From Bugula neritina (taxonomy: Eukaryota; Animalia; Bryozoa): a stretch of 64,000 nt of DNA. The position numbers and the translations under genes were made by a program. Positions 38,956 through 53,100 of the stretch are shown here, one piece after another. The stretch covers positions 26,428,628-26,492,627 of the forward strand of contig OZ037767.1 in NCBI GenBank assembly GCA_964035545.1. The letters are read 5' to 3'. The notes beneath the pieces are model-generated. The model made no database searches. It was not told the DNA's origin and worked only from the letters and a program-made list of their open reading frames with translations. Numbering within the stretch: the stretch's first letter is position 1; every line of letters starts with the position of its first letter.

Positions 38956-41900
38956 ATTTGGGCTAATTTGGTTCTATAAAATATTGGCTATTATATTCAT
39001 ACAAGTACATTCCAATACCAATTCCAATGTTCGACAATTTTGAAATACATGAAATTTGCATAACTTTCTGAATTCGGCATCACAGAAAGATAATTGGCGA
39101 GTGATTGACCCCAGGTTTTAATCAAGTTATACTGAATAGTTTCAGGTTAAACAGCCTATATACAAAGAATGCCTGGTTTATACACCATTTTAATAAATTT
39201 AGATAAAACAATAAAACAATGCAAAATACTCAATCGCACAGTAATCTATGAAAGAAGTACATTCACTACCAAACACTTTTCCTTTTTCTAGTAATGAATG
39301 TAATGGTTCACTGCACATTAACATGCTGGCAAATTATTCCAACATAAACCAATAACATACGAATGTTATCATTCTGATGACTATTGGGATTAGAGCTTGG
39401 AATTCAAACAATTTAGCAAACGAGTAGAACCAAGCTCAGTATTAAAATTGAGATACTAAAAACTATCATCTAATAACATAAACGAAACTAATTACAGAGT
39501 ACTAAAGTTAGTGTGAAAAATAGTAATATCAAGAACTAATCACTGGAAGTTATAATAGTCACAAATAGTTGTGTCAATAAAACTCACCAGTTTTAAATAT
39601 GCAAGTTGTGTAGTGAAACTAAGGGAAGCTAGATACTGATTAGCAAATTAGTACTAGTTTGACTGCAACCTAGTACTTATTGCGGCCTATCTGACCTAAA
39701 GGGTATCATAAACTCCTGCTTATCATTTCACAGTTGCTGCATATAGCTAAGAGATAATAGTGCAAGCCTCTCCTAGGAGCTAGCTTGACAGCTAGTAGCT
39801 ATTGTACTGCTTTTAAAGCATCAGTAGCAAATAAACTTCAAGTATAATAATTACTATACAGTAAAACGCAAGTTGTAACATATAGGTTTACTCTAAACTC
39901 ATATTCAGATAAAATATGTTTGGAACTGAAATAAAACCAGAAAATTACTCCGATGTACATATATGATAAATTATTCAGTCTAACATATGGGTATAGCCAA
40001 TGCTGCAATTACTATGGACTTATTATTATATGAATACTAATTCATGGATATTGGAAAAGTGATTTTATAAAGTGCCTAGTGATGTTATTTGATTCGACTA
40101 TTCACTAAGATTGTGCTGAGCTTTATGCTGTCACATTATTACATTAGCACACTTTCTATGTAGCAATGTTAGTTCCATCTATAGATAGCATAATAGTACA
40201 GTGTAATCTATGTCTGCATCAAATGAAAAGAAAGATTTCTTCAATACACTTTCAACAATTAGACTCATTCAAGTTTGAAGAACTATTTAGAAGTATTAAG
40301 GATGTTCTAAAGTTCAGTGCAATAGAAAATTATTTTAACCCAGTTTACTTTACTTATGGAGCTATCTCTAGCACAGACCAGTGAATTCAAACTGAAAAAG
40401 TTTTACACTCTATATGGAGTAGAAATGGAAAAATTTTGAATAAACTTGATTTGATTTGTCAGTAAATGATAGCAGAGTCTAAAATAATTTTCCTAAGAAA
40501 GTAGGACATTTATGGTGAAGCTATTAAACAGCTTATAAGAACTTGGGGTGAATGCGGGTTCACTAATTGGTTAAAGCAATACACCAACAAAAGATGCAGG
40601 TCTATTGGCCGGACCTTGAATAAAATGCAAAAGAGCTAAGCAGAACAATTTACTTTTATCTAAGGAATTCCAAAAGGAGTGTATGCTGTTTCAAAGTGCC
40701 ATTGAAAAGCAAACAAGTGAACACTAATAAAATCAACCATTTTAATGACTAAAGTAACTATGCAAAATGTATTTGGCTTGAAATGAATGCTACTAAGAAA
40801 GACTGTAGCTATCACAAACTGTATCAGACTATAACTATAGCAGAGCAGTTCTGTTTCTCTCAATGAGATCAAAGAAATACTAGGTGCTGAATGGGGCCAG
40901 CAAGTATTAATTAAAATGCTGAAAACTAGTGTTACTCCCAAAACCGATATTGTAGTAGACAGCTCAATAGTGCTGAATCCTTGCTGTGAATTTGTTGTGG
41001 CTTTGTAGATAGTTTTTAGTACAAGCCAACAGTGTAGACCATGTAAATGTAGTTAGTATATGCAGTTAGTATATGTAGTTACTGTTAGTGTTAGTAAATG
41101 TAGTAAGTCAACCTGAATCATTCACTTACTGATAATTTATATATACAATCAAAGCTCATGGCGATAGATGTGCTGCCGAATGCAATAGTGCTATTGTTTT
41201 TAGTAATAAGTTTTCTATAATTTTCAGTGTCTAGGCAGAGTATGACAAGGAGTGACATGGAGTTTTGAACTGTATCACAAGCTCTTTAATATCAATGCCC
41301 CAGAAGTAACATCACAAGTTGAAGTTGAAGCAGATAACCATGCTGTGATTGACTGATAGTGAAACTTCTATAAGGTCATTGCTCATTGGGGGACAAGTAT
41401 AAGATCATGTGACCATAATTGCTCGAGGACTAGCATCAGTATGACATTCAAAACAGCATGCCAAGTTGACATTATGATCATGGTGTAAGTGAAAATTTCA
41501 GAGTTAGCCTAAAACTAAAATCGACTTCAACGTTATCTACTGAGGTTGTGTCTATAACTAAACTAAAAGTATTTAAGAGTGATTCTAGAAGCAAGCTAAA
41601 TAACTATACGTATAAATACCACTCTAAAACTTAAAAGGTAATACTAGTAAAACTAAATGTAATAAGTATAGTACAAGTATGTGGAGAGCCAAAATTAAAA
41701 TTAGAAAAAATTTAGTTTTGATGGTAAAGTTTAAGTTTAATATCATCATCTAGTACTCTAGTCACTGTTGGCAAAGCAATAATAGTAATACTGTTATTGT
41801 TATTATTACCATTAGTATTACTTTTAATGAGCTTTACTATTAGTAACATAAATAAACTTATAAAATAATACTATAAGTATAAGTGTAAGACTAAGTGTAT

Positions 41901-42905
41901 AATATTAGTAATAGTATCACTATCAGTATCACAATAAAATTAGCCGTTAATGTTGAAGGTGATATCGAACTCAAACTGAAACTAAAAGTAAGACACCGAG
42001 AGCCAGGTGCACATTGGCGTAGCCTCACACTTTACAGTTAGTGTTACTCAATGTTACTCCGTACTGTTACTAGTACTACTAGTACTACGTCTACTACTAG
42101 TATTATTACTACTACTAGTACTGTAGTAGTAGTACTTACTAACTTAGAGTATAGAGTTAGACTTAGAGCTTTAAGAAAAAGTTTAGGTTTAGGTATTTAA
42201 AATATTTTAATTTCAACTTTCTAAAATTTAACATTTATTCAACGAGTATAACCACTGAGCTAGAAATAAAATAAAAATGATATAAAATATAAATTCAAAA
42301 GTATTTTTAAGTAAGTTCATTGACTTTGAGTATAACAATAAGTATAACTTTAACTAGAGCCTGAACTAGAACTAGAAGTAGAAGTATTAGTATAACACTA
42401 ACACTAGCAGTAACACTAACACAAACAATAACATTAACAACTAACACTGAACACCAAATAAATTTGTAATACTAATAGTAATAGTATAGTTTACTTATTG
42501 ATCTTTTTTATATTGGTTACCTCTAATATTGACTCTGACTCCGTTGTTTCTATTCAAATTCAATATTAAAAAAGTCCTTCAGCGCCTTTGGTATAAGCAC
42601 CACGTTGCTCTACAATAACAATTGCAATAACAATAAAATCTATGTTCATAATGGGCGTTTTAAGATGAACAGCACAGACATATTACTAAAGTCGCGTTTA
42701 AAATTATTGTTTCGGGCATGGTTTCTATATTTGGCTTTGATTGGATAAAAATTATTTCCTCTTCTTGGTTTTTTCCATGTAGAAAAAACCACGTGCTCAT
42801 AATTATAACACTTCAATGCACGGCTTTTTCAGAGCAGAGTTGCGCGATATTTGTTTGTAAATTGAGCGCTACGAATAATCAAATAAAACTGAGAGATCAA
42901 TGAAA

Positions 42906-42917
42906 AAGATGGCGGCC
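42906..42917 (+). promoter_or_regulatory. YY1-type motif AAGATGGCGGCC overlapping the MRPS2 start codon
   Basis: Exact match to the AAGATGGCGGC consensus often found at housekeeping-gene starts; binding not shown. Confidence 0.5.
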
Positions 42918-45900
42918 TCCACAAAATTCCAAAGGCTCACTTCACATTTGACTTCGTCGTTGACCAGAAATTTTTGTTGCACCAACACAAGTAAATTTAT
43001 CAATTTGTTTTCACTATTTTTGTGACAATGGTTTATAGTTATTTTAGTCTGTTTTGAATTACTGATCTCTGTAATTATAAATTCGAGCAAGTAGGGAAAT
43101 GTGAAAGTCTTAAATTGCAAATTGAAATTGAAAATAAAATTGTGAAATTTAAGCGAAAAGTTAACGGAAATTTTATTCATTTAAAGTAAATATAAATTGC
43201 TAAGACTAGGCCTAATGGGTAATAAGAGTAATGACTAAGTGTTATGAGTAATGCCAATAGGATTTGGCTAATGTCTATCACAATCACCATGACCATGACT
43301 GATTCAATCATCAATGAGTTTGAGTATGACTAGCCTATCAGACACTCAGTATCACTATAAGTATTACTGTTAGTATTAGTATGTATATGATCATTACTCA
43401 GTTTTAGTTAAATCACTAAAAGTAAATCTAATCAGTAAATTTAATCAGTATCAATATAAATATATAAATCGTAATTATTTAATAGTAATACTGATACTAA
43501 TGCTAATGGAGTAATACTAATAGTAATAGTAAATTTAATGCGTTGCCCTTATACTAATACTTATAATTATAGTTATACTTATAGTAATTCTAATCTTGAT
43601 AGTAATTGTAAATTCAAAACTTAAAGTTAAATTCAACTCTAATTGGAATTGAACTTTAGCTAGGCTTAGGTATACCATATGTGTTTTCTTACCATTTAGG
43701 CCTTAGGCTTATAGTTATAATTGTAAGTGTAACTATTAACACTACTATTAGCATAAACTGTCAAAACTAGTACAATAACTAAAATCCAATTTAAAATTAT
43801 CAATATAAGAGTTATAATGCTATGTTGCCATTTTATACTTCTTGATACTAATGATGAGCATTAACCAATTGAAACCAAAATTAAAATCCTGAAAAATTTA
43901 ACAGTTTTCTTAGAAATGGTGCAATTTTGATTTGAATATTTGGAAACAATTTAATTACTACAACAGTAGTAACTTGTCTAATTTTATATGTTTTTGTAAC
44001 AGTTAAATTCAACATAAATAGATCAACTACCCATATCATAGTAGCATTCAGTAATTTTTATAATCTTAAGTTGGTCGTATTGTTTTCGAAACTCTAAAAA
44101 ATGTTTCTATTTTCAATTAAGGTATTATCAATGAACTGATTGTTGTTTTGTTTTCAATAATATAAGTAGTTAGTAAAAACTAATTGTTTTTTTAACTATT
44201 AAATAATGACTAAATTTTGATTTTTACCTCAACTATGGTTATTTTCAAAACCAAAATATTTCAGGGTTTGTAATCACCCAACACTTCTTGCATTATTCTG
44301 CATAATGATCTGCACATCAAAAAATATACTTCTTGAATATAGGGATACCGAATACCCTACAAATACGTTTCATTCAACCTTACACTATGCATTCAAATGA
44401 TAGTTTTGCTTTCTAATAAAATATAATTGATTTCCTAGTTGCATCTTTTTTTATGCAAAATAAATTTCAAGCTCTAAGTAATATAAAGGCAACAGATGGT
44501 AGGAGGTCTTTGAGATACAATCTGAATAATCATGTTTGAAGTGAAAATAATGCAGTAAATATTAGTTACAGTACCAATTATAAATTGTAGATATTTAATT
44601 ATTTGTAAAAAAAAGGTTGATAAGTGGCATCCAGCATTTATTAATTTAGCTATCTTGCAAATAATTGGTATGGCGTGTGTAATCGTTTCATGCAAAAAAT
44701 TATTTTAGTAATTTTAAGATTGAATAGCTCAGTGTTACACTAAACTATCTATTTTTATTTTACAATGAGTGTGTTTTTGTACAAAATGCAGCTCTTAGTT
44801 ATTTACAACTCTTCCAATACTTTGTACTTAAGGATGATGAGTGTTACTTTTGATACAGGTAGTATTCAGGCCGGTGCCTCTGCAACTCCAGAAGTTGTTA
44901 AAAATGTGCACACTGAAGATTTGGAAGCAGCCAGTTTGAAACATGAGGTATTATCAGTCGTAAAGCTTTCATAAGCAAATTTCGAAATTTATATCTGAAG
45001 AAATTCCTTTCTCTGTGAATTTTTTATGAAATATTTTTTTGATCAATTTTGTGATTCTTATTTTAAATTTTGTTTTCAACTTATTCTGGGTTATGAATTA
45101 TAAAGTGGTCTGTATGGTTCGATAGCCAATTCTTCAGACTAGAACATGGCCAAAATGTTCGAGAGTTTACAAATGTGATTATTTTACTTAGTTTTATAAA
45201 ATTGTACACGGTTTAGCTATTCGAATGTTCTCAAGAGCTATCTTCAATAAATGTCTGATATTGCAGGACTATTTTGGTGTCAGAGAGATGTTCACAGTGT
45301 CTGATCTGTTCAAGGCACGAGTACATCTCGGTCATAAGCAGGGACTGAGACACGAGCACATGACTCCATATATATACGGTCGGTTTCTTGTTGCACTAAC
45401 CTTTCTTGACTTCTATTACTCTCCATTTCACTCTTCACTAGCATGATAGTTACCAGATGTGTGCAATATGTTTTGCGTTCCTACATCATAGTTCAGTAAA
45501 TTGTTGCATTCAACAACATCGTGTACTGCACAACTAGATGACTACTTTTATCGTCAAGCGTTATGTGTCGCATGAAGACTATCATTAGTGCCTATAAGTC
45601 TATTATAAACTTTAGGCATCAATTTTGATTGTCTGCTAATGTGTTAGAAGGAGCATGCTGTTGTAATACTACAACATCTGTTCTGTTCACCACTTTGCAG
45701 GCAGCAGGTTAGGTCAGGATATTATTGATCTTGATCAGACAGCCGAACATCTGAGTTTAGCATTGAATGTGGTGGCGCACCTCGCCTACCGCCATGGTAT
45801 ACTCCTCTTTATGTGTCGTAACAGACAGAACGCCATCTTGGTAGAGGAAGCTGCCAAGTCTTGTGGAGAGTTCGCTCATTGCAGGTTTTTACTTGCCATT

Positions 45901-47090
45901 CCTAGTATAATTAGCTAGTGTTATCTTTATAACGAGAGTACAGTTTTCTCCTTTTATGCAAGTGATTTATAATATATTTACACTTACACTGACAGTACAT
46001 CACTAGAAGTACTGTACTATATATAATACTGTCACTAGAAGTACTATACTGTATATTATACCATCACTAGGAGTATTATACTGTATATTATACTATCACT
46101 AGAAGTATTATGCTGGGTTTGCAGATATTGGAGTGGAGGTTTATTTACCAACTCAACCCTCCAGTATAGGTCTGTAACACGTCTGCCAGATGCCTGTATA
46201 TTCTTTGGCACTCAGAACAATGTATTCTCTCAGCACAAAGCTGTGACTGAAGCTGCTAAAATGCAGGTACTCTCTATTGGAGTTGTCGACACCAACTCTG
46301 ACCCTCGTCTCATCTCGTATCCTATTCCTGGGAATGATGACTCCTTGTCTGCTGTCAAACTCTACACAGACCTCTTCAAGGTCAGCATATTTCCTGTTCT
46401 TTAATAGTTGAAATTTTTTCTACATCTTAGTTTTAGTTTATTTGCTTTTTTAACCTGAGCTTTAGTTTTCAATTTTAACTCATAATTATTTTACATGCCA
46501 ACAGCAAACAACATGACAGATAGAGCTGGCTTACAATTCTAAAGTATTTTTTCTGAGTTATTTACTTAGTAGTTCTATTGTATCAATGGGTTAGCTCCGC
46601 TTGTAGTAGTGTTAAAGTAGGAATTGTCTCCCCATCAGTAGAAATGATGTTAATGAATGCTGCTCCACACCCTTATCTAATATGCTGTGTTGGTATTCAA
46701 AAAATCAATGTTAACTGTTGGATATAAAGTATGAGCTGACTGCTGTCAACACTTTATTGTCTCATTCTCACTAGCTTATTAATGAGAGGTAACTGTATTT
46801 TAGTAGTTGTCTGCTCATATATATTTGTAAAATGCTATAAGTCGCAGCTCTGTGGCATCTCATCATCTAACAATTTAGAAAACTTCTAAATAACAGAAAG
46901 TTAAAGGAGAGCCTACTGCATAAGGTCATAAGGTCGCTATTTAGTGTCAGACAAAATATATTTTATTGTATCAACCTCATCTATAACATTGTTTAACATA
47001 AAAGTTGCATCTTTCTAACAATTGTAATTGTAGAAAGCTGTACTGGCTGGCAAAGAGAGAAGAATCAAAGATGAATCTGAGTGGAGGTGA
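42909..47090 (+). CDS. MRPS2: Mitochondrial small-subunit ribosomal protein uS2m, 6 coding exons
   Basis: Exons 42909-42990 (Ser/Thr/Arg-rich transit-like peptide), 44859-44947, 45267-45378 ([18 protein letters not shown]), 45701-45884 ([19 protein letters not shown]), 46124-46380 ([35 protein letters not shown]) and 47034-47090; all phases compatible. An in-frame alternative ATG lies at 42900. Confidence 0.95.
45995..46112. repeat. ~28-30 bp minisatellite (CACTAGAAGTACTATACTGTATATTATAC) just upstream of a MRPS2 acceptor
   Basis: Four imperfect copies. Confidence 0.8.
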
Positions 47091-50000
47091 TACCTGGCTG
47101 ATACAAATTAATTATAATGGCAGTTGTTTCCATTCAGGAAAAACTGTGGTTTCTGTATACTACAGCTGACTTATTCAGTCTATATAAGTATGTTTTTTGT
47201 TTTGATTTTATACTTGTTGTTATTGGCTTTACAGTTGTTACCATGACAACATGATGTTATCAAACATAATATATAGACATACAAGAGAGGTTTGAGTAGT
47301 TGTAAGAGAAAGAGCAGAGGTTGTTGAATAAACATCTTATTAACCAAATTATTGTATTGTGCCGTATGTCTTATGATTTGTAATAACTTTTTTCTTTTTA
47401 GTATTGTTTTGATTGGGTTTTTAATAAAGATAGCTACAAATCAACGAAACAATTTAGTATTGTGGTCTTTCTGATACTCAGCTTTTATATAAAAGCAATC
47501 TTGTGTTATTGCTTTCTCTTGGATGAGATGCAACCAATCAGTTAATTGGTGTGTTTCTGTAGATAAGGTTACACTCCAACTCAGTGAAGTTATTAATAGA
47601 TAACATTTTTGTATGATTCTTAAGTTTTCCTGCCGTTTTCATTGCCACCAGAAAGAATTTATTATAATAGTACTTGATTTTGAAAAGAGCAGCCAATGAC
47701 TGCTTTACATTCACGTTTAGACATGATAATTGCTAGCTAATGGTGTCTTCTTACGTAAATTAAACTACTGTCTTAGCACCTCATACTAATATGCTTCCTA
47801 AATACAAAGGCGTTTCACAAGAGGATGCAGCTAATGCTACTGTCATACTTATCATTCATCACCAGATTTCCTCTCGGCTTATCTGTTAGTACCCTAGCCA
47901 AAGTTTTACATTTTAGCAGAGAAAGGGTTACTTGTTCAGAGCCCCATCTTTCTACAGGACATATACTCAATAACCACATGCTACTGACTAAATGACAGTC
48001 TATTAAAGAACACAGTAAAAGTGTGCCTTATGTCATGATTCTAGAGCAGGTGTGTGATTGGTTGGCTTTTGATGTACATTTTTTGACTAAACTTCCCGTT
48101 ATTGAGAATCTTTTACTAGGAAATAGATGGGATTTGCCAATTTTTAGACAAAGTCATCCACATCTATTTAACTAATGGCATAAGCTTCAACTTTCTTGTT
48201 TATATGTTCATCTCAAATGGATTAGCTAACAAAACCACATTGTTTGCTGTTCCCAGCCATTTTAAAAAGTAGCAGTAGCTTTTTTACTGCCTACAACCAT
48301 TGGTATGTAGTTTATCAAAACTTAGGATCAAAGTCCTTTACTCACAATTTTTTTGCAAATAATCACTTATTTAATGGACAACAGTGTTGCATGCCGTACA
48401 TGGGTAGTGTTAATCCACTTTATACAATGCCATGGAGTTTTTTGCAGGTTTTATTTTACTGCATTATGGCCTTAATAATAAGCCATTTCAGTGTAACGTT
48501 CATAACTTATGCTTCAAATATAAAAACATGATAAACATGGTTAACAGCAATTTTCAATGACAAACAGTTTTTGTAGATTACCAACTAAAAAATTTCCACC
48601 AACTGTCTAGTAAAATTACAAGTCAAGTAATGTTATTAAGCACGTTAGTCAGCAAAGATTAGAAACAATGTGTCTTGCATCTTGTAGTTCAGTTATGCAG
48701 CTGTCACTTCACATACTTGCAGTTTGCCAGTAGCTATGACTCTGGTCATGATATAACATTGAAGTAATATTATATTTAAAGATATTAGATGTGGTTAATT
48801 ACTTCTTTTTTGAGCAAATTACTAACAGTATAAGCTACTATAATGTGAAATTACTGTGATAGCCTAAAACATTGAAAAAATTATTTTTGACAGCTAGTGT
48901 TTGTAAAGAAGTAGAAAGCAAGTTATGCTAGCTCTCTGCACTGAGTGTACAGAGTTTTGGCTGTGTAAAAGAAAGCGGCAAATTTTCTCAGAAATGCCAA
49001 GGTTATCAAAGATAATCCAGTAGTAGTAATATAACGAAACAATGAAACTGTAATAATATATTATTGTAATATTATTGAGTTGTCATTGAAAGAAACCTGG
49101 CTAAATCATGCATTGTCACCTGATTCAGCAATACACTGGGTATTATTACTTTATGAATAATATAGTTGCATTATAACTACATTTTAAATAATGCAATTGC
49201 ATTATAATTACATTTTAAATAATGCAATGAAATTTTTCATTATGTAAATCTTCAGAAAACAAAGAAAGGTAATCCTCTATAAGACATAAGTTACTGCCTG
49301 CTCTGTAATCTATCTAATCCAGCTATGAAAAGGTCATACTATGTATGTGTCTTCTGCTGTAACAAAATTTTCTTGCTTAAACTGTGTGACAATGTTTATT
49401 CTTTTTATCAAATACATTTTTATATTAATTTTTAATTAGTTGTAAATTCTATTGAAGCACAACCAATTTAAATACCACAAAATTTAAAAATTATCTGAAG
49501 AGTCAGCTATGAAAGTTTTAGCTCACCAAGTAACGGTTGAAAAACAACAGCTATTTCAGGGTTTGCCCCCTTATCAGCACCCAGCAGAGTGTCATGGTCC
49601 ACAGCTTAGAAACAGAAAATACTTATATATATTTACCAAAGCATATTTAAAAAGTTTTTTATAACACACATGCACACCAGCGCTTATGAATTATGTAAAG
49701 CAGTTTGACGTACGTGTACAAGGAAACTGCGTTTACGGCTAGAAATTATTTTGCTTATACTTGTCTTACCAAAAAATCTATACAGTGTGACATAGAAATA
49801 GGCTAATTATTGGCGATGCCTGTTCGCAGAAACTAACAGTTTATATGCTTTGGTAAATAATTACTAAACATTATATAAGTTTAACAGCTTGTGCATTTTC
49901 TGGAATGGCTATAGTTGCTTCTTCAGCATATTTGTTTTGTTGTTATCTTTCATAAGTACTATAATAAAGTATAAAAGAGTGGAAGCTGTCTATTATTTTG

Positions 50001-50120
50001 CATTACATATTTTCTAATTTCCTAACCTGGATTTCCTACTATATCACAAAATAACAACATGCTTAGCTTAAACTCTGTAGCCAATGGCAACATCTAAATG
50101 ACACACCCAAAAAATTCTTC

Positions 50121-50127
50121 TATAAAA
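50121..50127 (+). promoter_or_regulatory. Candidate TATA box of the MMP gene
   Basis: TATAAAA ending 44 bp before the ATG; AT-rich context lowers specificity. Confidence 0.45.
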
Positions 50128-50170
50128 ATAGAGTTGGAAAAAGTAGGAGGTTATACTTTTTGCAAGAAAG

Positions 50171-53100
50171 ATGAAAGGTGAAGGCATAATCCTGATACTT
50201 CTGCTTTCGCTAGTTATTGAGATAATAGAAGGTAAACCAATCACCACTAGAGAAAAATCTGAAGGTAGACTTAGAGGAGACAGATTAGATTATGCTGTTA
50301 CAGAGGAAAAATTGCTTTATGTTGCCAAATTTTTAAAAAAGTTTGGATATATTAAGAAAAACAAGAGTTTGGAAAACTTATCAGAAGAAAAATTAAAAGC
50401 CATTATAAAGTTGCCATTACAAAACTATCAGGAGTTTAGTGGGTTATATGTTACAGGTGAGTGCAACTTCTATTTTATGAAGAGGACTACAAACTTTTAT
50501 TTGGTCAGGATTTAGCAGTTTATTTTCTAAGAAATGATAAAATAACATGGAAATACTTTATTCATGAAGAAATAAATAGCGCTATACTATTGAAAAATCT
50601 TTGCTCAAAATTAGACAAGTTCCCAGTTAATATGTAAGAGAAACTATTGCTTTTGATTGGTCATTTGCTATAGTTTTGTATTTGTTTCAGCTTAAGGCCT
50701 TTTATTATACATATTTCATGCCGTTTTCAACTGATGAAACAACTTTTTGCACTTGCATTTTTAATGTTGACAGACCAACTGTTGATATAAGTCTGTTTAT
50801 ATAATTATATTGTATAATTTGTGCTGAGAGTTTAGAATCTTAAATGCCACCATAAAACTGTGTAAAACCAAAATTTCTGGGGAATGAGTTTCTATAGCCT
50901 ATGCCCCTAATACCCTCAGGGCACTTGAAAAAAATTGAATGTGTGTTCTGTTACTTTAAAATGTTGCTTTACATTACATACCATATGCTAGTATTTAATG
51001 TATTAGTTCACTACATCATGTAGATTAATAGATATATATTATTCTATATTAATGCTATAATATAATGTATAGACATAATAAAAGTTATATGCTAAACTCT
51101 CGGCAAAATGAAAAGAGTACATACTATCTTACAGTATTGGTTATTTTTTTAATTCTTTTCAACAGTATTTCAACTTCTCTGGTAGGTACTAAACTATACA
51201 GTACTCATTAACCTCTATTTTGGTGTGACCACTAATCTAGGCATTGCTGATGAAGCCACAGTAAGCCATATACTACTGCCTCGCTGTTCAGATGTGGATC
51301 ATGAAAATAGTGAAGAAAGTGAATTGGAGCAAACTTTAACTACTAACAATTCTAATGAAGAGCAATATGTTGAGCTAAAAGGTAATATAAATTGACTTAA
51401 TTTTATATTTATGTTTCATTATCTAATCTGTAAAACATATTTTATGTCTTTTTTTAGAAATTTGCATTAGATTTAATGTAATGTTTAGATAATTACCATA
51501 TTTTCTAAGGTCATGCTGTTCTATTTTCTTAATCTAGCAGCTCCCAACTCTCCAGTGTCCTTCAGAAAATGGCAAAAGAAGCTGTTAACATTCAGGGTGT
51601 CTGATATTCCATCAAAGTTTGACTCTCAAAAAGTTATTGAAAGGATGAAAGCTGCTGCTAAAGTATGTCATGTAGTTGGATGATCTTTATTTATATCATA
51701 TAATGTATTTATATATATTTATATTTATATGTTATATTCATATATGTTTATATTATATTATATATATATATATATACACACATCATATGTACACAATATA
51801 TAATTATATATATATAATGTATTATATTTATGTATATTTATATTCTATATTATATTTATATTACAACATATTCTATTTATATATAGTACGATATATCTAT
51901 ATATAAGTTATATAACATATTACAATTATATATAGACAATAAAGCTACTGAGGGGCAGCTTGTTTGCCTGCTGTGTATTCTATATACTGGAAGTAGATTG
52001 CTTTTTGTGGTTTTGAATGGCTTTATGCATACATAATGATGAAATGCAGTATTTACCTAAATATTATTATATTTAAACAATAAAACAAGGCAAGTTGTAC
52101 TGTTGCTCTAGATTCCTCAATATACGCAAGCAATAAACAAATACTGCCAAACCTCCAAACTAACACTTTACTGAGCTGCTACATTTGGTTCTATATAATT
52201 ATTTTTAGTATATTATTTTAAACTATCTGAGATTTGCTTTGATTTACTGGTATACATTTTTATTATAATATTGTATTATACTATATTATTTTTGTGTAAT
52301 ATAATATACATTAAATTATGTATTTTTATTATATTACTTTTTGTTGCAGCAATGGGAAGATGCTTCCGGATTAACTTTGAATTATGTTGCGCCACCACAA
52401 CATGCTGACATTGACATTAGCTTTCAACCTATTGATGATAGAATGAATATATTGGGCCGGGCACTTTACCCTCCTAGTGGCAAAATTGTGTTTGATTCTC
52501 ATGAAAACTGGGATTTTAGTGAGGGTAATAAAAGAGTAGCTAACAGAGGTAATTATTCTAGTACTAAAATATTTATTATTTTGCTTTTATTCAAATTTAG
52601 ACTTGCTTTTGCATATGTAATTTGAAAAAATTGACATATATTGTTTTTATTCAATTTTAGGACCCAAGTTTCTAAATGTAGCCACGCATGAGTTTGGGCA
52701 CGCTCTAGGCATACGCCATCTACCAAACAGAAACTCAATCATGTTCCCAACTTATCTAAGCTCAAAGCCATTTGGACTTGCTAGAGACGATATAAGTGCT
52801 ATTAGACTTTTGTTTGGCCCAAGTAAAAGATTAGCCGACAAGAAACCAACAGTAGAAGTGCCAAGAGCTGAGACTACACAGAGAAGACAGGAAGTGGAGA
52901 GACCAAAGACAGTAGAACCAGCTAGTGAAGAGAGGAAGGTAACACCAGTTGAGGAAATAAAAAACCATAACAATGCTGAGAGATCACAACCAGTAGCAGA
53001 AGATCGAGGTGGAAGAAAAAACAAAAATAAAAGGAAAGTAAAAAAGCAAAAAAAGAGCAAAGAGGTTATTCCGGAGAATAATGCAGGCAATGAGCAGGGT

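Noticed and set aside
40166-41470. Possible decayed coding sequence (transposase- or zinc-finger-like) between GSS and MRPS2
   Set aside because: Frames are broken by stops and I could not recognise any diagnostic motif; needs a translated search
51676-51906. Tyr/Ile-rich ORFs here and at 56591-56824 and 60567-60899
   Set aside because: Translations of (TA)n and (ATT)n microsatellites
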